From the NCBI GenBank assembly GCA_024280885.1, contig JAJRPF010000020.1, positions 24,697 to 88,696 of the forward strand: a DNA stretch of 64,000 nt, in the 5' to 3' direction. Shown piece by piece: positions 20,601 to 30,615 of this stretch (position 1 is its first letter; each line of letters opens with the position of its first letter). This stretch comes from Planctomycetota bacterium. Lineage in GTDB: Bacteria > Planctomycetota > JAJSAM01 > JAJVHW01. A model generated the notes under the pieces. It was not told the origin of the DNA. It worked only from the letters and a program-made list of their open reading frames with translations, and made no database searches. The translations under genes were made by a program, and so were the position numbers.

Positions 20601-21305
20601 GACAGTACACGCGCGACCATTCATGAAGACGGCGAACGAATCGGAACACCAGATCTTCAGCGCCACGGTGCGGGCCGAGTCGGAGCGGATGCGCGCCATC
20701 GCGTAGATGACGCCCGATGTGCCTTGTCGAAGTTGCGAGTCGGGAGAGACCCAGACACTCGTTCCGAGATGCGGCACCGACAGCCACTCGAGCGGGCCGC
20801 GCGGCCCCTTCATCGTGGCGGTCGGGTCAATGGTCGTCGTCTCGGGCGCGTACTTGCGATGCACCAGCGCGTCGGCGCTCCAGCCGAACGGGCCGGCCAC
20901 CGCGAAGCGCGTGACATAGCCGTCGTTGCCGCCGAAGGCGAGTGCGCCCTCGAACTTGCCGCGTGCGCGGGCACGGGATGCAAGGAAGTCCTGGATCGAC
21001 TCCCGGATGTCCGCGTCGCGTGTCCCGCGGTCCAGTACGGGCTGCAGCTTCGTCTCCGCGATCGTCGGGTCCGACGCGTACGGCATCAGCCCCTGCGCCT
21101 TGTCCAGACAGATACCCGCGAATGGCGAGTCGGGAGCTGCCGCGACGGCGTCGAGCAACTCGCCGAGCCACGTGTCGAAGTCGCCACGCGCTTCGGCCTC
21201 GGAGCCGAATAGAGCGGACGGAACGTCGGTGTCCGCCGCGCGGGCGGTCAGTGCTGCGGGGGCCAGCAGGAGGGCGGCGGTCAGGGCCAGAACTCTCGTT
21301 CGCAT
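17658..21305 (-). CDS. Secreted TPR + DUF3857-like + transglutaminase-like-fold giant protein, with the catalytic Cys replaced
   Basis: Signal peptide MRTRVLALTAALLLAPAALTARA. TPR region. The transglutaminase-core-like stretch GEFGMGGSAAAILLEKAGDRGQLFEAMIREAGVPYTLGR aligns to the GDCKDKAILLNTMLSEIGVESYPVLLR block of the downstream paralogue but has Gly/Ser where the nucleophile Cys is expected. Confidence 0.7.
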   Translation of the reverse strand: MRTRVLALTAALLLAPAALTARAADTDVPSALFGSEAEARGDFDTWLGELLDAVAAAPDSPFAGICLDKAQGLMPYASDPTIAETKLQPVLDRGTRDADIRESIQDFLASRARARGKFEGALAFGGNDGYVTRFAVAGPFGWSADALVHRKYAPETTTIDPTATMKGPRGPLEWLSVPHLGTSVWVSPDSQLRQGTSGVIYAMARIRSDSARTVALKIWCSDSFAVFMNGRACTVADREQDRVPSPVWTTARLEAGWNRILVKIAGGGRFAVKLADVATGAAVLDIEAGDPLMTAAEPKSMGAPDARTFKTAAERGAAIAATSGDAQAAAAAALLLSDEGREWQAYTLFVQAAAAAPALDKTVQANLLAAYGRFLATFSELPPIQRKLRAKASFKAALAAFPDHHSATLRLARYENDDDRPDAAVNALQEYVAKNPTAMAWMAIAEISKARTWEREAIAAAEAALSIAPNSATPIRFLAAYDKQYGNNEQHAKRMRRLIDINAGDSTALSQLIRNLRARGKDDEALAAIQELSDRWQASLGYRRQKAGILRNLGRLDESLAIWRGLALLVPDEETNPREEGEILELQGKTDEAITAYERSLALRGYQPRLWRSLTRLRGGVEDFAQRWEPNVEQIIAELPTDEELKKAYPKAVAITLLDHSVVTVHPDGSASTIVHMLYKIMNEKGVQKYGDVSNSGELLGIRAILPDGKVMKPTGLRGRNYNMEGLVPGVIIEHRFLVHQRAGRKGFEAGQFFFQDFEFRKEPNPVLHSRYVVIADADNVPAYEKRNYEADTEVVEFDGKVATIFEQRDMPRIEWEQGMPEKEEIVPYVDYSPAPSMDDANWELLAGRDDSRTSPILREAVGRVVAPEMGDSAKLRAIFDFVNTEITGEFGMGGSAAAILLEKAGDRGQLFEAMIREAGVPYTLGRAMAWRGHARDLTRPTSSVFNAPFLYLRPSDAAPIPLFMGARHAPFGLVPVGYRGSYAFLASADGGEIIVLPAGGGRMDNSAQFTITLGADAESTAVAGDVVYRSGGGFGFKRRLEEMPQDDRRKFAEGQLSGYFASPTLSDFAFPGVETRGEPLTIHLKGTMPQYLSPQSDRFVAGLGLPSSNMTGTYVHRPERVYDLILNVRDDNMDGYTVELGDAFEIAHLPADHLAVSELGTYSLTYRLVGTTLTVRRERHLQPARYTAEQYDGFIAWCKGIDDAEQAKIEYRAR

Positions 21306-21496
21306 GCGTTCACCAGGGGGTTCGCTGGAAGGGGATCACTGAGTTGTATTCGATGAGTTGGATTCGCTGAGTTGGGCTCGTTGCAGTGGACTAGAGAGCC
21401 CGGCGGCGTTGAGTGTCCGCAGTGCGTCGTCCGGGAGACGCGTTCGCGTCGGCCGATCGCATTGCGTCAGTCACCCTCGCTGGTCATCTGGCGCGA

Positions 21497-24400
21497 CTAC
21501 TTCGAGCCGTCCGCGGCGGGCTTCACTTTCCAGGTCTGCTTGTTCACCGCGGACGCCTTGATCAGTCCGTCGCGGAACGCCGCGTAGGCGGCGACGGGGA
21601 TGCGCGACTCGCGCATCTCCATGCTGCGTGTCAGCGTGAGTGTGACGCCTTCGTCCGAAGACGACTGCGTGGCCTCCGAGCTGAACGCCGCCTGCTGCAC
21701 CTGAAGATCGATGTCCTCGGGGGCGGCCTCGACCGACCAACCCGCGGGCAGGTGATACGTGGCCGAGAGGCGCATCGACATCGGGTCCATCACGAGCAGA
21801 TCGTGTTCGCGCTCGGGCCGACGCACGATGCTGGTCAGGTCGCTCATGAGATTGACGAACCCCGTCGGCAACTCGCGCAACTCGCCGGCCTCGGTCGCGA
21901 ACTTCGCGATCTCGATCTTCACGCGGAAGCCCTCTTTGGCCTGCGCCATGTCCTTGAGGTCGTCGAAGTCGTTCTCGAGCAGCTTGACCTGACCGAAGGC
22001 CTGCGCCAGCATCCCCTGGAGTCGGAGCGGCCGCTGTCCTGCAACAGCGAACGCGCTGCGCGCCTGGATCGCCATGTCGCCGCGGAACGTGATCTCGCCC
22101 TCGGCGACTGCCGAGCCGTCTGCGTTCACGGTGACATCCCACGTCTGGTCGATGCCCTGGTAGTCGGGCGTGCCCGCCGGAATCTCGACGATCTCGGCGC
22201 CCTCGGGGCGGACGAGGAGGACCCTCGCGCCGCGGTCCATGGCGGGCGGCGGCCCCATCGATGCGTACTCGGCCGTGCCATCGAGGAAGAAGCCCGTGCC
22301 CTTGCCGTCCACATCCGGGACGTAGCTGATGCAGTGGTTGAAGTGTCCGACCATCGCGAGGCTCATGTCCTGCTCGCTGCGGCTGCTCTCCGCGCGCAGC
22401 AGCACCGGATACGACTCGACGCCGATCTCCGAGAGCATCGTGTTGAGCAGGATCGCCTTGTCCTTACAGTCGCCCTCGCGCTTGTCGAAGATCGCCGTCG
22501 TCGTGTACGGCTTGTAGCCGTGGACGCCGAACTCCCACGCTTGGTACGTCACCTCGCCGGTGACGAAGTCGTAGATCGCGCGGACCTTCTCGATGCGCGT
22601 CTCCTTGCCGTCGACCAGTTCGGCGACCTTCGTCTTCAGCTCGTCGCTGACGATGTGCTGGTCGCGGATCATGCTCCACCACCATGTCGCGAAGGCATCC
22701 CAGCTCTCGAACGTGGTGACTTGCACCTGCGGGAAGAGCTCGCCCGCGCCGGGCATGCCCACTTCGGAGCGCACCTTCGGAGCGTTCTTCACGGTCCACT
22801 CGTAGACGCGCGTCTTGCCGTCTTCGCTGAGTGTCTCGGTCGGCTCGATCTCGATGCCCTGTGTGTGGAAGTAGAACTGCCGTTCCGCGGGTGTGACGAG
22901 CGTGTACGTCGAGAGCAGCATCGGAACGGAGTCAGCGAAGTAGTTGACGGTGCCGAAGTAGTCACCGAAGAAGCTCTGGCGGCTCTGGTCTGTCCGGAAC
23001 GCGACGTCGATGACGTCACCGGCCACGAGAGGCGGGAAGTCAGCGAAACTGAACCCGCGCCCGGACTGCGTCTTGGCGTCGACGATGCTGCCGTCCGGCT
23101 TGATCACGCGCGCTGACTTCCACTTGAACGCGCCGCCGGTCGACTGCGCGAAGTAGCGGTCGAAGCGCTTGACGCCAGCGTCGGTCAGGATCTTCGCGGC
23201 CATGTGCGTGTACGAACTCGACGTGCCGTCGGGGTTGACCTTGTTCAGGGTCTGGTCGAGGAGAACGACCCAGCCGTCGTTCTCGGCGTTGTCGTAGTCA
23301 CGCGCCTGCTCGATCAGCGGCGTGATGTCCACCGCGAATGCGTCCTCGTAGGGCGCGGCGGCGGGGTCGAGGAATTCGACGTAGCGTTCGAGTTCCTGCC
23401 GCTTCGGATTGATACGCAGCGCCTCGCGGAACGTGGCCAGCGCCGCGTCCGTCTTGCCGGCCTTCAACTCCACGCGACCCAAGGACGAAAGGAGCTTGTC
23501 GTCTTCGGGCGCGATCGTCAGCGCGTCGCGCAGTGCGGTGGCTGCCGCATCCCATTCGCCCGCGCCTTCGTGCAGTTGTGCGATGCGCACAAGTGATTGC
23601 GTGTCGTAGGGATCGAAGCGACGGATCTCCTGCAGCATGGTGAGTGCGTCGGCGCGGTCCATCGCGCGGAGCGCCACCTCGACGACACGCCGGCGCACGC
23701 CGTTGCTGCGCGCGTCGAGTGCCAGCACCTCGCGCCAGGCCCCGAGGGCGTCCTGGCTGCGTCCCTTGCGATCCAACTCGCGAGCGTAGGCCCGCGCGCG
23801 CGTCTCCGACACGCTGTCGCCCGCGCCCTCGAGAGCGCGTGTGCGCTCCTGTTCCGCGCGCACGCCGAGGCCGCGGCGTTGGAGCACCGTCGCCAGGTCG
23901 AGACGCGCCTCGTAGTAATCTGGGTTGATCTCGAGCGCGGTGTTCAGTAGCTGCTCGGCGCGTTCCAGGTTGATCAGCGAGTGCGTGTAGTAGGCGGCGA
24001 GCGCCCGGTGCGCGACTGCGTAGCTGGGCTGGATCTCGATCGCGAGCTCGCGGCCCTGGCGCTGACGATTCTCTTCCTTTTCGACCGACATCGCGGTCGG
24101 CGGGGCGGAGGCCTCGGCGTAGTGGAAGCGATAGATGGCGTTGTCGGGCTCCAACTCGGCGGCCTGCTTGAGCAGGCTCTCTGCCTTGCGGTCCGAGATC
24201 GCGTCGAACTCGCGGCGATGATGCAGGTAGCCGAGATGGAAGAGGTCGCGAGCGCTGGCGCGCGAGTCGGCGACCACGCTGTCGTAGTAGCCCTTCGCGC
24301 CGGACTCGAGCTCGCCCTCGAAGGGCTTCGCCGGGCCTGCGCCGGCGATGGCTGCGAGAGCGTCTTCGCGTTGCGCCGCGGTGGAAATCCCCGCCAGGGC

Positions 24401-25327
24401 GGAACCGTCGGTCGCCGTCAACCGTGCGCGAAACGCCCATGCGCCGGTCTGGTCGCAGACCTTCGCGAGCATGACGTTCCAGCCCGCGTTCAAGACCACG
24501 CCGACGATGTCCTGATCGAAGTCGATCGGGCGCCGCACGTCGCGAGAGAGAACCTCCGCGCCGTTCCACCAGACCTTCAGCGCTTCGTCGGAACCGAGCC
24601 GCAGTGTCGCGTTCTGCTCCGCATCGCTCTTCACGAACGTAACGACGTACGCCGATGCCTGGTCGTTGGGACGCAACAGCGCGTTCAGGTTCACCGTGCC
24701 GAGTGGCTCGCGGACGGGGACCTGACGCCAGCGCACCTTGCGCTCCTTGCCGTCGAAGACCTGGTCGAGATCGATGCCCTTCTCTTCGGGGCCGTTCACG
24801 GTCTTGAAGCCGCGGCCGCGCTCGTTGTCGAAGGGGCCGACGATCCAGAAGTCGCGCAACATGCCGAGGGCGCCCGCGATCTCCTCTGCGCCCGCGACGT
24901 CCCCGCCCGCGAGTCGATACCGCGCGCGGACCCAGTCGACTTGCCCCTGGAGCACCGGTCCGAGCGCCGACGCGTCCTGGCCTTCCAGGTACGCACCCGT
25001 CGCAGACTGTTGCGTGGTCCTCTCGGAGAGTCCGTCGATCTTCTCGAGCAGGACTTCGGCCCGGGCGAGATTCGCCTTGCGCACCTCGCCGCCCCCTGCA
25101 GCCTGACCGATCGCCGTGTCGAAGGCCTGCTTGAAGGTCTCGAGCGCCACGTCAAAGCGGGCCTGCGCCTCTTCGGCCAGCGCCTGGTCCTCGAGCGGGT
25201 CGACCGGATCGAGCTTCTCCTGGGCGGGGGCGGTGCGCGCTGCGATGAGCGTGGCGCCGAAGGCCAGCGCAAGCGCGCTGCGCGCCCAGATGGAGCGCGT
25301 ACAGAGAGAGAGAGGGATGGACTTCAC
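21497..25327 (-). CDS. Secreted TPR + DUF3857-like + transglutaminase-like cysteine protease superfamily giant protein, catalytic triad intact
   Basis: Signal peptide MKSIPLSLCTRSIWARSALALAFGATLIAARTAPA. N-terminal TPRs. Core GDCKDKAILLNTMLSEIGVESYPVLL (Cys codon ~22466-22468 on the minus strand) followed by HFNHCISYVP (His) and GFFLDGTAEY (Asp), the arrangement of the transglutaminase-like superfamily. Confidence 0.75.
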   Translation of the reverse strand: MKSIPLSLCTRSIWARSALALAFGATLIAARTAPAQEKLDPVDPLEDQALAEEAQARFDVALETFKQAFDTAIGQAAGGGEVRKANLARAEVLLEKIDGLSERTTQQSATGAYLEGQDASALGPVLQGQVDWVRARYRLAGGDVAGAEEIAGALGMLRDFWIVGPFDNERGRGFKTVNGPEEKGIDLDQVFDGKERKVRWRQVPVREPLGTVNLNALLRPNDQASAYVVTFVKSDAEQNATLRLGSDEALKVWWNGAEVLSRDVRRPIDFDQDIVGVVLNAGWNVMLAKVCDQTGAWAFRARLTATDGSALAGISTAAQREDALAAIAGAGPAKPFEGELESGAKGYYDSVVADSRASARDLFHLGYLHHRREFDAISDRKAESLLKQAAELEPDNAIYRFHYAEASAPPTAMSVEKEENRQRQGRELAIEIQPSYAVAHRALAAYYTHSLINLERAEQLLNTALEINPDYYEARLDLATVLQRRGLGVRAEQERTRALEGAGDSVSETRARAYARELDRKGRSQDALGAWREVLALDARSNGVRRRVVEVALRAMDRADALTMLQEIRRFDPYDTQSLVRIAQLHEGAGEWDAAATALRDALTIAPEDDKLLSSLGRVELKAGKTDAALATFREALRINPKRQELERYVEFLDPAAAPYEDAFAVDITPLIEQARDYDNAENDGWVVLLDQTLNKVNPDGTSSSYTHMAAKILTDAGVKRFDRYFAQSTGGAFKWKSARVIKPDGSIVDAKTQSGRGFSFADFPPLVAGDVIDVAFRTDQSRQSFFGDYFGTVNYFADSVPMLLSTYTLVTPAERQFYFHTQGIEIEPTETLSEDGKTRVYEWTVKNAPKVRSEVGMPGAGELFPQVQVTTFESWDAFATWWWSMIRDQHIVSDELKTKVAELVDGKETRIEKVRAIYDFVTGEVTYQAWEFGVHGYKPYTTTAIFDKREGDCKDKAILLNTMLSEIGVESYPVLLRAESSRSEQDMSLAMVGHFNHCISYVPDVDGKGTGFFLDGTAEYASMGPPPAMDRGARVLLVRPEGAEIVEIPAGTPDYQGIDQTWDVTVNADGSAVAEGEITFRGDMAIQARSAFAVAGQRPLRLQGMLAQAFGQVKLLENDFDDLKDMAQAKEGFRVKIEIAKFATEAGELRELPTGFVNLMSDLTSIVRRPEREHDLLVMDPMSMRLSATYHLPAGWSVEAAPEDIDLQVQQAAFSSEATQSSSDEGVTLTLTRSMEMRESRIPVAAYAAFRDGLIKASAVNKQTWKVKPAADGSK

Positions 25328-25578
25328 GGCGGAATCTCCACGGGGGGCGTCTCGAACCCGCCAGCGATGGCGGGTGGCGAACGTGCGACTATACGGGGGG
25401 AGCGGCCTCTGGCGGCTGGAACGAATGCCCCTGCACGCTCAGGTGCAATTGGCAGCTCCGATTGACAGATACGATCGAGCCCGCGTGCAGGTACCGCTCA
25501 TCGGGGCGCATTCGCACGGAGCGCGTATCCTCGTCCGCCGCAGAACTCGGCACAAGAGCTCTGCGAAGGAGGGACAGG

Positions 25579-26469
25579 ATGAGAGTCGCGATCGGTGGGT
25601 TGATCCTGGCATTTGCGGTGGCGGGGTGCGGGACCAACAAGCTCTCCGGACTCGGTCCCGACGATACCTGGGGAGGTGATCGCGGCGGGTTGCTCATCCG
25701 CGCGAAGGGCCCGTCCGAGGCCGGACGGGGGACCGAACTGGCGGTCGAGGTGCAATTCGACGTTCGCGAGACGCGGCTCCGCCCGGGCGCCCTCAAGCTC
25801 GACCGCAGGGCCCCCGCGCGCTTCGCACGCTTGATCCTGACGCCCGAGGCGGGCGGTACGCCGGTCATCGTCGAGCCGCGTGACCCCGGCGCGGGCTTGC
25901 CCGAAGCCCCGCCGGAGAGCGGTGTGTGGCCCACCTGGATGCTCGCGAGCGAGGCGCCAGGCGCCGTCACGATCACGTTCCCGCTAGCGCGGGTGTGGGC
26001 TGACGCTCCGCTGGGTGACTACACGGCAGCGGTCGAACTCGAGTATGGCAACGACGCGCGCGGCACCTGGCGCGGGAAGGTGCATTCCGCGCCCTTCGAG
26101 CTCGCGCTGATCGAGTCCCCGACTGTGGCGACGACGTATGCCGCACCGACGCGCTTGCGGCTTTCCGGGCGCGACGTCTTCTACGGCGAAGAGGATGTCG
26201 AGCGACTTGTCGTGCAGGTGCGCCCTGGGTTCTCGTTCGGTCTGCGGATCCAGCAGTCCGACGGCGGAGGCATGCTCCACGGTGGGGCGGCGCTCCCGGA
26301 GGTCCCGCGCCAGGTCGGTCGACTCGCCGACGGCCTGCCCCGCGGCGCGGAGTTCCGCTACTGGATGGAGCTCTTCGAGTCGGCCGACCCCCCGCAGCAC
26401 CTGGACGCGCAGCGGGGTGACGGGTACCGCGTCCTCTGGAAGCGCGAGTTCAAGGTGCGCGCGCCGTAG
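25579..26469 (+). CDS. Hypothetical lipoprotein
   Basis: ATG at 25579 preceded by AAGGAGGGA (Shine-Dalgarno). MRVAIGGLILAFAVAGC lipobox. The N-terminal 39 aa of the track ORF are rejected. Confidence 0.6.
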   Translation: MRVAIGGLILAFAVAGCGTNKLSGLGPDDTWGGDRGGLLIRAKGPSEAGRGTELAVEVQFDVRETRLRPGALKLDRRAPARFARLILTPEAGGTPVIVEPRDPGAGLPEAPPESGVWPTWMLASEAPGAVTITFPLARVWADAPLGDYTAAVELEYGNDARGTWRGKVHSAPFELALIESPTVATTYAAPTRLRLSGRDVFYGEEDVERLVVQVRPGFSFGLRIQQSDGGGMLHGGAALPEVPRQVGRLADGLPRGAEFRYWMELFESADPPQHLDAQRGDGYRVLWKREFKVRAP

Positions 26470-26824
26470 CGCGTCCCACGTGCCCCGCGTTCCCGGAATC
26501 ATGCAGGCGGCGCCCGCGAGATGCGGACGCCGCCTTTCGCGCGCCGAGGAAAGCCGATCGAATGGGAAGGGAGGGAAGGGAGAGATCGGTTCTTTCACGC
26601 TTGGGGAGCAACCCCGACACGCTTGGATCGTCGCACTGCGTGTGCCAATGGCGTCTTCGAGCCTGAAGCCCGTGTACCGCGCTCGCCGATAATAGCAATC
26701 GTTAGCGAGCGAACGAAGTCAACGACATCAGATCGAGAGCGATCGTTTGCGATCGTCGAGCACCCCACCGCACCCCCCCCCACCGTGGAGAGCGTGCGCC
26801 TGCCGCCCGCCGGGCGCGTCCGCG

Positions 26825-29800
26825 TCAGAGCAACGCGACGGCCGCGACGATCTCGCGATTGGGGCTCGTTGCGGTGAGGAACGCCTGGCGCTGGTCCGGT
26901 GCCATGCGCTCCGCCATCTCCTGGACGAGGTCGTAGGCCTGCCACAGGTAGACGGCGTGCGTCTCGTCGTCCTGCAGAGCCTTCGCTGCCATGCCCGCGA
27001 AATAGAGACCCTCGGCGCGTGATGAGATGCTGAGGGGGGCGTCGCCGCCGAGCGCGCGGTGGGCCTCTTCCAACTCGGCGCGTGCGCGTGCGTGTTGGCC
27101 CTCGCGGGCGTAGAGCAGGGCGGCGGTCGCCCGCGCGAGGGCCGCGATGCCCGGCATCTCCAGCGCGGGCGCCAGGTCGAGGGCTTCGTCGAGGTACGGA
27201 CGAGCGGCCTCGACGTCGCCGCTCATCGCCGCGACCTGGCCGAGAGCGAGAAGGCTCTCACACACCCCGGGGCGATGTCCGATCTTGCGCCGCAGTTCGA
27301 GCGCCTCGGCGTAGCGACTGCGGGCGAGCTCAGCGTCGCCGGCGCGCACCGCGTTCTCGCCGAGCGCCTGGAGGATCGCGCCCTGGAAGCGCTGTTCGCC
27401 AGCCTTGACCGTCGCGGCGAGCGCCTGCGTCAACGCTGCGCGGGCGTCTCCGAACTGATCGAGTTGACCCGCGAGAAGCCCGAGCGCCAGCAAGGCGGCC
27501 GCCTCGCGCACGGACTGCGGTGCGGCGGTGGACAGGAGCAGTGTGCGCTCTGCATCCACACGTGACTCGGCGTAGCGGCCGAGCGCGCGCGACAGCCCGA
27601 CGAATTGCGCATGGACCGCGTCTTCGTCCTCGCGCGTCGCGACGCGGACGGCGGGGCCCGAGCGCATGCCGAAGCCCTCCGCGATCTGTCGCGCCTGCAG
27701 GTAGAGACGCTGCGCGGATGCCACGTGCCCGCGATGGACTTGCACCATGCCGAGTGACGTCGTGAGCAAGCAGCGTCGCAGCACGCTGCCCTCGGGCACG
27801 ACCCAACTGAGGGCACGGCGGAGCGCATTCACCGCGTCGTCGAAGCGACCCAGACTGCGCAGTGCGCCGCCCAGGTTACCGAGCGCCGCGATCGCCGCCG
27901 TGCGGTCCTTCGCGCGCGTTGCGGTGCGCAATGCCTCGCGGCAGATGACGTCGGCCCGCGCGAACTCGCCGAGCCCGAAGTGCAGCGCGAGACGTCGTTC
28001 GAACGTGCGTCGCTTCAGGAGTGCGACGTTGGTTGCTTCCACTTCCGTCGCCGCGCACTCGAGGACGTCACGCTCTTCCGTGCGGCGTCCCTCGTGGCCG
28101 AGGCAGGTGGCCAGCGCGAGGAGCGCCTCCACCCGGAGCGCGGGAGCCGAGGTGGCGCCGGCAGTGTCGTCGAGATCCAGGAACGCCTGCGCGATGCGGG
28201 CGCCGTCCTCGCTCGCGTATTTCGTGAGCGCGTGATGCAGCGCGGGGAGGACGTAGCGCTGCGCGTCCAGAAGCCGCCCGCCCAGCAGGAAGTGGTGTGC
28301 CAGGAGCATTGCGGCGGAGCCGGACACGTCGGCGGTGGCCGTGCCGTCCGGGATCTGACGTCGCTCCAGGGCTTCGCCGACCAGCGCGTGATACTCCTGG
28401 CGCAGGCCCTCCATCAACTCCGCGTAGAGCGTCTCCTGCAACTGGTGGTGGTCGAAGCGGCAACTGCGCCCGGCGCTGTGTACGAGCCGATGTTTGCGCT
28501 CGATCTGCGAGAGGCGTTTCAGCAGTGCGAGCCGCGGCACGCCAAGAATGCCGGCGAGGATCTCGGGTTCGAATTCCATCCCGATGACGCAGGCAACATC
28601 GAGTAGCTCGCGATCTTCGTCGTCGAGCCGGGCCAACGATCCGTGGAGTAGCTCACGTACGGAGTTGGGCACGTGAATGTCGATCCGTGTTCCGCTGACG
28701 GTCCACGAGCCGTCGTCGCGACGGGACAGCACCCGCTCATGTTTCAGCGTGCGTAGCACCTCGAGGATGAAGAAGGGATTGCCCTCGGTCCGCTCGAGCA
28801 GCCGGAAGCCCAGTTCCTGCACCAACCGCTCGCTCTGCAGCATCGCGCGCAGCAGCAATCCGACCTCGCGAGGGCCGAGTCGGCCGAGCACGTGATGGTG
28901 GATGCGCGAGTCGCGCGCGCCATGCGCCAAAGCGGAGAGCGCGTGCGTGTCGTCGATCGGACGATACGTGGTGACGAGCAACACGCGCGACGCGCGATCG
29001 TCGCGCGCGAGATACGCGAGCAGATTCGCACTGCTCTCGCTGGCAAGGTGCGCGTCTTCGAGTACCAGTAGCAACGGCGTCTTTGCGGCGAGCGCTCGGA
29101 AGCTCGCCGCGAAGAGCGAGCGGACGAGGTCGTGACTGAGCGATTCGCTGCCGACCGGCCGCCCCTCGACGAGTGCGGCGAATTCCGCAATCGGTGCGCC
29201 GCTCGGGAGGAGCCGCGCCAGAGCGTCCTCCAGTTCCTCGCCCTCGACGGCGCGTTGAAGCGCCTCCGAGAACGCCTGGAACGCGCGCCCCGTGCCCGGC
29301 GGAGGGAAGGCCGCGAACGTGAACTCGTGCGCGACACCGTGATCCGCGAGCGACGCGGCGAACTCGTCGATTAGCCGCGTCTTTCCCACTCCCGCTTCGC
29401 CCTCAAGGAGCACGATGCGACGCGCGCCCTCGGTCACGTCGTCGAAGACCCGGCGCAGCGCGGCCATCTCCGACGTGCGACCGATGAGGGGCGCCTCGCG
29501 TTCCACCGGGATGCGGCGCGACCGGCGCCGCCCGGTCTGCTCCCACGCCGTGCGTCCACCGCGTTTCCACCACGCCGATGCATCGCCTTCCAGCAGCACC
29601 TCGAGGACGCCTGCGGCTGTCGCGATCCGCGCTGTCGGATCCTTCTGTGCGAGGTTCTCCGCCAGTTGATCGATGACCGGTGAGACCTCGGGACAGAGGA
29701 GTGAGACGCGCTGTGGTGTCTCGGTGAGCGTGCGCCGAAGAACGACCTGCAGGTCCTGGTGGTAGAACGGATTCTGCCCGGTCAACATCTCATGCAACAA

Positions 29801-30478
29801 GATGCCGAGTGCGTAGAGATCCGTGCGCTCATCGACCGATTCGGGGTCCCGGAATTGCTCGGGCGACGCGTAGTGGACCGAACCGAGAAACTGCCCCGTC
29901 AGCGAGAGACGGATCGAGGCGTCGCGCACCTTCGCCACGCCGAGATCCATGAGCTTGACGTGGTGGTCGCCGGTGATGATCACGTTCTCCGGCTTGAGGT
30001 CGCGGTGCGTGATCCCGGCCTCGTGGATGGCGCGCAAGCCGGCGCAGACCTGTTGCGCCACGGTGATCGTCAGTTCCTCGGGCAGGCGCCCCAGTTCGGC
30101 GATGAGCTCGCGGAGCGTCTGCCCCTCGACGTACTCCATCGCCATGTAGCTGGTCGGTGTGCCGCGCAACTCGGCGGTCCCCGCGTCCAGTGTGTGCACG
30201 ACATTCGCGTGCTGCAGTCGCGCGCCGACCTTTGCCTCGCGCCGGAAGCGCCCCGCGAAGTCCTCTGTCCCGACGAGATGGGGGTGGAAACACTTGAGTG
30301 CCACGAGCGTTCCGACGTCCGGCAGTGGACCGAACGCACCGCTCGTTGCCTCCCGCACTTCCGCGAGATAAACCGTGCCCATGCCGCCGGTCCCGAGCTC
30401 GCTCTCGACCCGATAGGGCCCGACGCGCAGGCTCTCGGGAGAGAGTGGGGCGATCGGCGTGAGGTTGTCTGCGGTCAT
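26825..30478 (-). CDS. Ser/Thr protein kinase fused to an AAA (AAA_16/STAND-like) ATPase and a long TPR array
   Basis: N-terminal kinase motifs GTGGMGTVYLAEV, VALK, HRDLKPENVII and DLGVAKV. Then a Walker A LLEGEAGVGKTRL ATPase, then about 600 aa of TPR-like repeats. Start at M38 of the track ORF. Confidence 0.85.
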   Translation of the reverse strand: MTADNLTPIAPLSPESLRVGPYRVESELGTGGMGTVYLAEVREATSGAFGPLPDVGTLVALKCFHPHLVGTEDFAGRFRREAKVGARLQHANVVHTLDAGTAELRGTPTSYMAMEYVEGQTLRELIAELGRLPEELTITVAQQVCAGLRAIHEAGITHRDLKPENVIITGDHHVKLMDLGVAKVRDASIRLSLTGQFLGSVHYASPEQFRDPESVDERTDLYALGILLHEMLTGQNPFYHQDLQVVLRRTLTETPQRVSLLCPEVSPVIDQLAENLAQKDPTARIATAAGVLEVLLEGDASAWWKRGGRTAWEQTGRRRSRRIPVEREAPLIGRTSEMAALRRVFDDVTEGARRIVLLEGEAGVGKTRLIDEFAASLADHGVAHEFTFAAFPPPGTGRAFQAFSEALQRAVEGEELEDALARLLPSGAPIAEFAALVEGRPVGSESLSHDLVRSLFAASFRALAAKTPLLLVLEDAHLASESSANLLAYLARDDRASRVLLVTTYRPIDDTHALSALAHGARDSRIHHHVLGRLGPREVGLLLRAMLQSERLVQELGFRLLERTEGNPFFILEVLRTLKHERVLSRRDDGSWTVSGTRIDIHVPNSVRELLHGSLARLDDEDRELLDVACVIGMEFEPEILAGILGVPRLALLKRLSQIERKHRLVHSAGRSCRFDHHQLQETLYAELMEGLRQEYHALVGEALERRQIPDGTATADVSGSAAMLLAHHFLLGGRLLDAQRYVLPALHHALTKYASEDGARIAQAFLDLDDTAGATSAPALRVEALLALATCLGHEGRRTEERDVLECAATEVEATNVALLKRRTFERRLALHFGLGEFARADVICREALRTATRAKDRTAAIAALGNLGGALRSLGRFDDAVNALRRALSWVVPEGSVLRRCLLTTSLGMVQVHRGHVASAQRLYLQARQIAEGFGMRSGPAVRVATREDEDAVHAQFVGLSRALGRYAESRVDAERTLLLSTAAPQSVREAAALLALGLLAGQLDQFGDARAALTQALAATVKAGEQRFQGAILQALGENAVRAGDAELARSRYAEALELRRKIGHRPGVCESLLALGQVAAMSGDVEAARPYLDEALDLAPALEMPGIAALARATAALLYAREGQHARARAELEEAHRALGGDAPLSISSRAEGLYFAGMAAKALQDDETHAVYLWQAYDLVQEMAERMAPDQRQAFLTATSPNREIVAAVALL

Positions 30479-30615
30479 GGCGTCTCGCGCGGGGACGCAG
30501 CGAATCTGCGATCGAATCTGAGATCCCGTGCGAGCTGCCCCCCGGCTGCCCCCCCTTGTTATCAGGTGAAGCAGTGCGGATTCCACCACCGCCTTCGCGG
30601 CGTGATCTCAATCAC

